DNA of 63,965 nucleotides, counting the filler, from Reticulomyxa filosa (lineage: Eukaryota; Protista; Foraminifera): the NCBI GenBank assembly GCA_000512085.1. It is 17 parts of 17 records of this genome, joined end to end, with 100 filler letters (N's around TTAATTAATTAA, not from the genome) between each part and the next. Parts side by side here need not be neighbours in the genome. Positions count along the whole stretch, not along the records: positions 61,845 to 62,858 come from ASPP01047116.1; positions 62,959 to 63,965 come from ASPP01042750.1; 15 more parts are not named here. One strand, 5' to 3'. Positions 62,251-63,965 of the stretch are shown piece after piece. The translations under genes were made by a program, and so were the position numbers. Within the stretch, counting starts at the first letter, position 1; every line of letters begins with the position of its first letter. The notes under the pieces are model-generated. The model saw only the letters and a list, made by a program, of their open reading frames with translations, was not told where the DNA came from and searched no databases.

Positions 62251-62259
62251 AGTCCGATA

Positions 62260-62545
62260 CTTGACACGCCCCCACTGCAACCATAAAAAGAAAAAGAACA
62301 TTCCATTAAGAAATGTTCCACAATTGTTTATCTCATTCACGCCATTTGCAATCTGGTGTGCATGATCTTTTTATCTTGAAAGGAGTGCAATGGGGTAGTT
62401 TTTGCATATACTGTAATCACAATCCGGCTTGGTATAACATTGGCTATCTTCCACATTAGGAAAATAAACAATCTTAACACCAATCAAATAATAGCACGAG
62501 AGAATCAATGATTTTTTTTAGATGGTTGCAATGGGGCGTGTCAAG
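62260..62545. mobile_element. TA-flanked non-autonomous TIR element (Tc1/mariner-type MITE) with an internal LINE RT fragment
   Basis: GATA|CTTGACACGCCCCCACTGCAACCAT ... ATGGTTGCAATGGGGCGTGTCAAG|TATC: about 25-bp imperfect TIRs with TA on both sides. Confidence 0.75.
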
Positions 62546-63584
62546 TATCAAAAAAAAAATTCATTTTAATATCCTTCATTATCGATATAAACTTTTGAAA
62601 AAAAAGTTGTCTTTTGAAGGAAAAAAAGTACGAAACAACTAGATACTGCGATATCTAGCAGTATCTGAAAGGAGATCGAAAATCTTCGATTATTAACAAC
62701 GCTTTTCGTCGTCAACAAGATTGTGGCGAAAACAGAACAAAGACCAAAGAAAAGAAACTTTCAGCTATATAAAAAAAAAATTTTTTATCCTAGTTGAAAC
62801 TTTCAAGATATCTGAGATTGCGATTTTGCGCAAGATCAAAGATTTACAAGATACCGAANNNNNNNNNNNNNNNNNNNNNNNNNNNNNNNNNNNNNNNNNN
62901 NNTTAATTAATTAANNNNNNNNNNNNNNNNNNNNNNNNNNNNNNNNNNNNNNNNNNNNTCTCTTCAAACAACCTAACAATCTAAACGTCTACAACATGAA
63001 GAATTCCTTCAGTACTCCACCCTTTGCAAAACTGCAACAGCTGCGGAAAAAAGAAAGAAGCTAGTCAGTGTAAACACAAGACCTTAAAATAACGATATCA
63101 TTTAAAAAAAGGTGCTGTCATCACGGCCCAAACAAATACCTTGTCTATTGTGATCTCTCCTGACATTGGAAAATTCAGTTTGATATTATATATCTATCTT
63201 CACAATCGAAGCGAGGATACTAATTTTGTTGATGTTTGTTTCAAAAGTGTATGATAAATGAAATTATTAATAAAAAAATAAAAAAATCAGATATTCGATC
63301 ATATGACCTTCTTTTGTTCATCGAAATTGATAGGTCACGACAGTGGGGGGGTCAATTGTTACAACGAGTTTCGAATGTAAATGTACGTATTAGTTTTTTG
63401 TTAGCACTTTTTTACTTAAAACTTTTTTTATTAAATCATGTTTTTATTTATCCTGTATTGTGATCAACAAGCAACAGCTAAAAACCGTTTCAAATCTAAT
63501 ACTTCAATACTTTGACTATCCAAAAAAAAAGCAAAGAACAACAAAGCTATTAATGATTCAATTTGTGTATTCCTTTTTTCTTGG

Positions 63585-63965
63585 ATGGAAACACTACAGC
63601 GACGGTTGAGTGTGCGTCAATACCGCAGAATACTCCAAGCGAGAGGTATCTTCAAACTGATAGAAGAGCTAATGACAACGATAACGGGTTTTGAGAATTT
63701 TACGCAGCCAAACGAACAAAGTGAAGACGACATTGTGACAAAGAGACATCACAAACCGACCTCTTTGCATATCTTTGCAAATGAATTTGTAAGCAAAGCC
63801 ACATTAGACCAAAACACAAAAAGCTATTTCATTACTTACAGTCATCGACTCGTCAACTTTGACGATGGCGCATCTGTAGACAACAATGACGTCGATGATG
63901 TTACAAGTACAAGATCGTACAAAAACCTCACTATGATGACGTATACTACTCAACTGCTCGCGACT
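63585..63965 (+). CDS. Open reading frame running off the window end (hypothetical protein)
   Basis: 127 codons without a stop from ATG 63585 (METLQRRLSVRQYRRILQARGIFKLIEELMTT...); higher GC than the flank; absent from the ORF track because it lacks a stop. Confidence 0.5.
   Translation, partial: METLQRRLSVRQYRRILQARGIFKLIEELMTTITGFENFTQPNEQSEDDIVTKRHHKPTSLHIFANEFVSKATLDQNTKSYFITYSHRLVNFDDGASVDNNDVDDVTSTRSYKNLTMMTYTTQLLAT

Noticed and set aside
1-63965. tRNA, rRNA or telomeric repeats
   Set aside because: None recognised by eye; a tRNAscan-SE/Infernal run would be needed to exclude them.

Overview
This window is eukaryotic, AT-rich and intron-containing, not prokaryotic. It consists of 17 short contig pieces joined by 16 artificial 100-nt spacers (N44-TTAATTAATTAA-N44), so adjacency across spacers means nothing. 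The expanded, decaying WD40, TPR and caspase-like families and the homopolymer-rich introns resemble a rhizarian protist such as the foraminiferan Reticulomyxa; this is my inference and was not verified. Recognisable genes: a Pumilio/PUF protein, an intact 3-exon WD40 gene among WD40 and TPR pseudogenes, a pyruvate dehydrogenase kinase-family gene, the C-terminal part of FolC/FPGS, a TPR-array plus caspase-like (C14) protease locus, a giant SPRY/RanBP2-zinc-finger/UIM protein, an acid lipase, a two-RRM RS-domain splicing factor, and fragments of WDR7-like, DENND4-like, RGS, ARM and ubiquitin-like genes. Mobile DNA includes LINE remnants, a TA-flanked TIR element containing a LINE RT fragment, and two inverted TGTAG...CTACA elements bracketing the lipase. 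The most interesting observations are: (1) the variable 42-aa TPR array joined to a paracaspase-like protease, a candidate sensor-effector system; (2) a 102-bp phase-0 exon module recurring five times next to repeat-domain genes; (3) a bacterial-type VOC/glyoxalase pseudogene; and (4) poly-A rather than polypyrimidine 3' splice sites. All family assignments come from motif recognition by eye, with no database searches.
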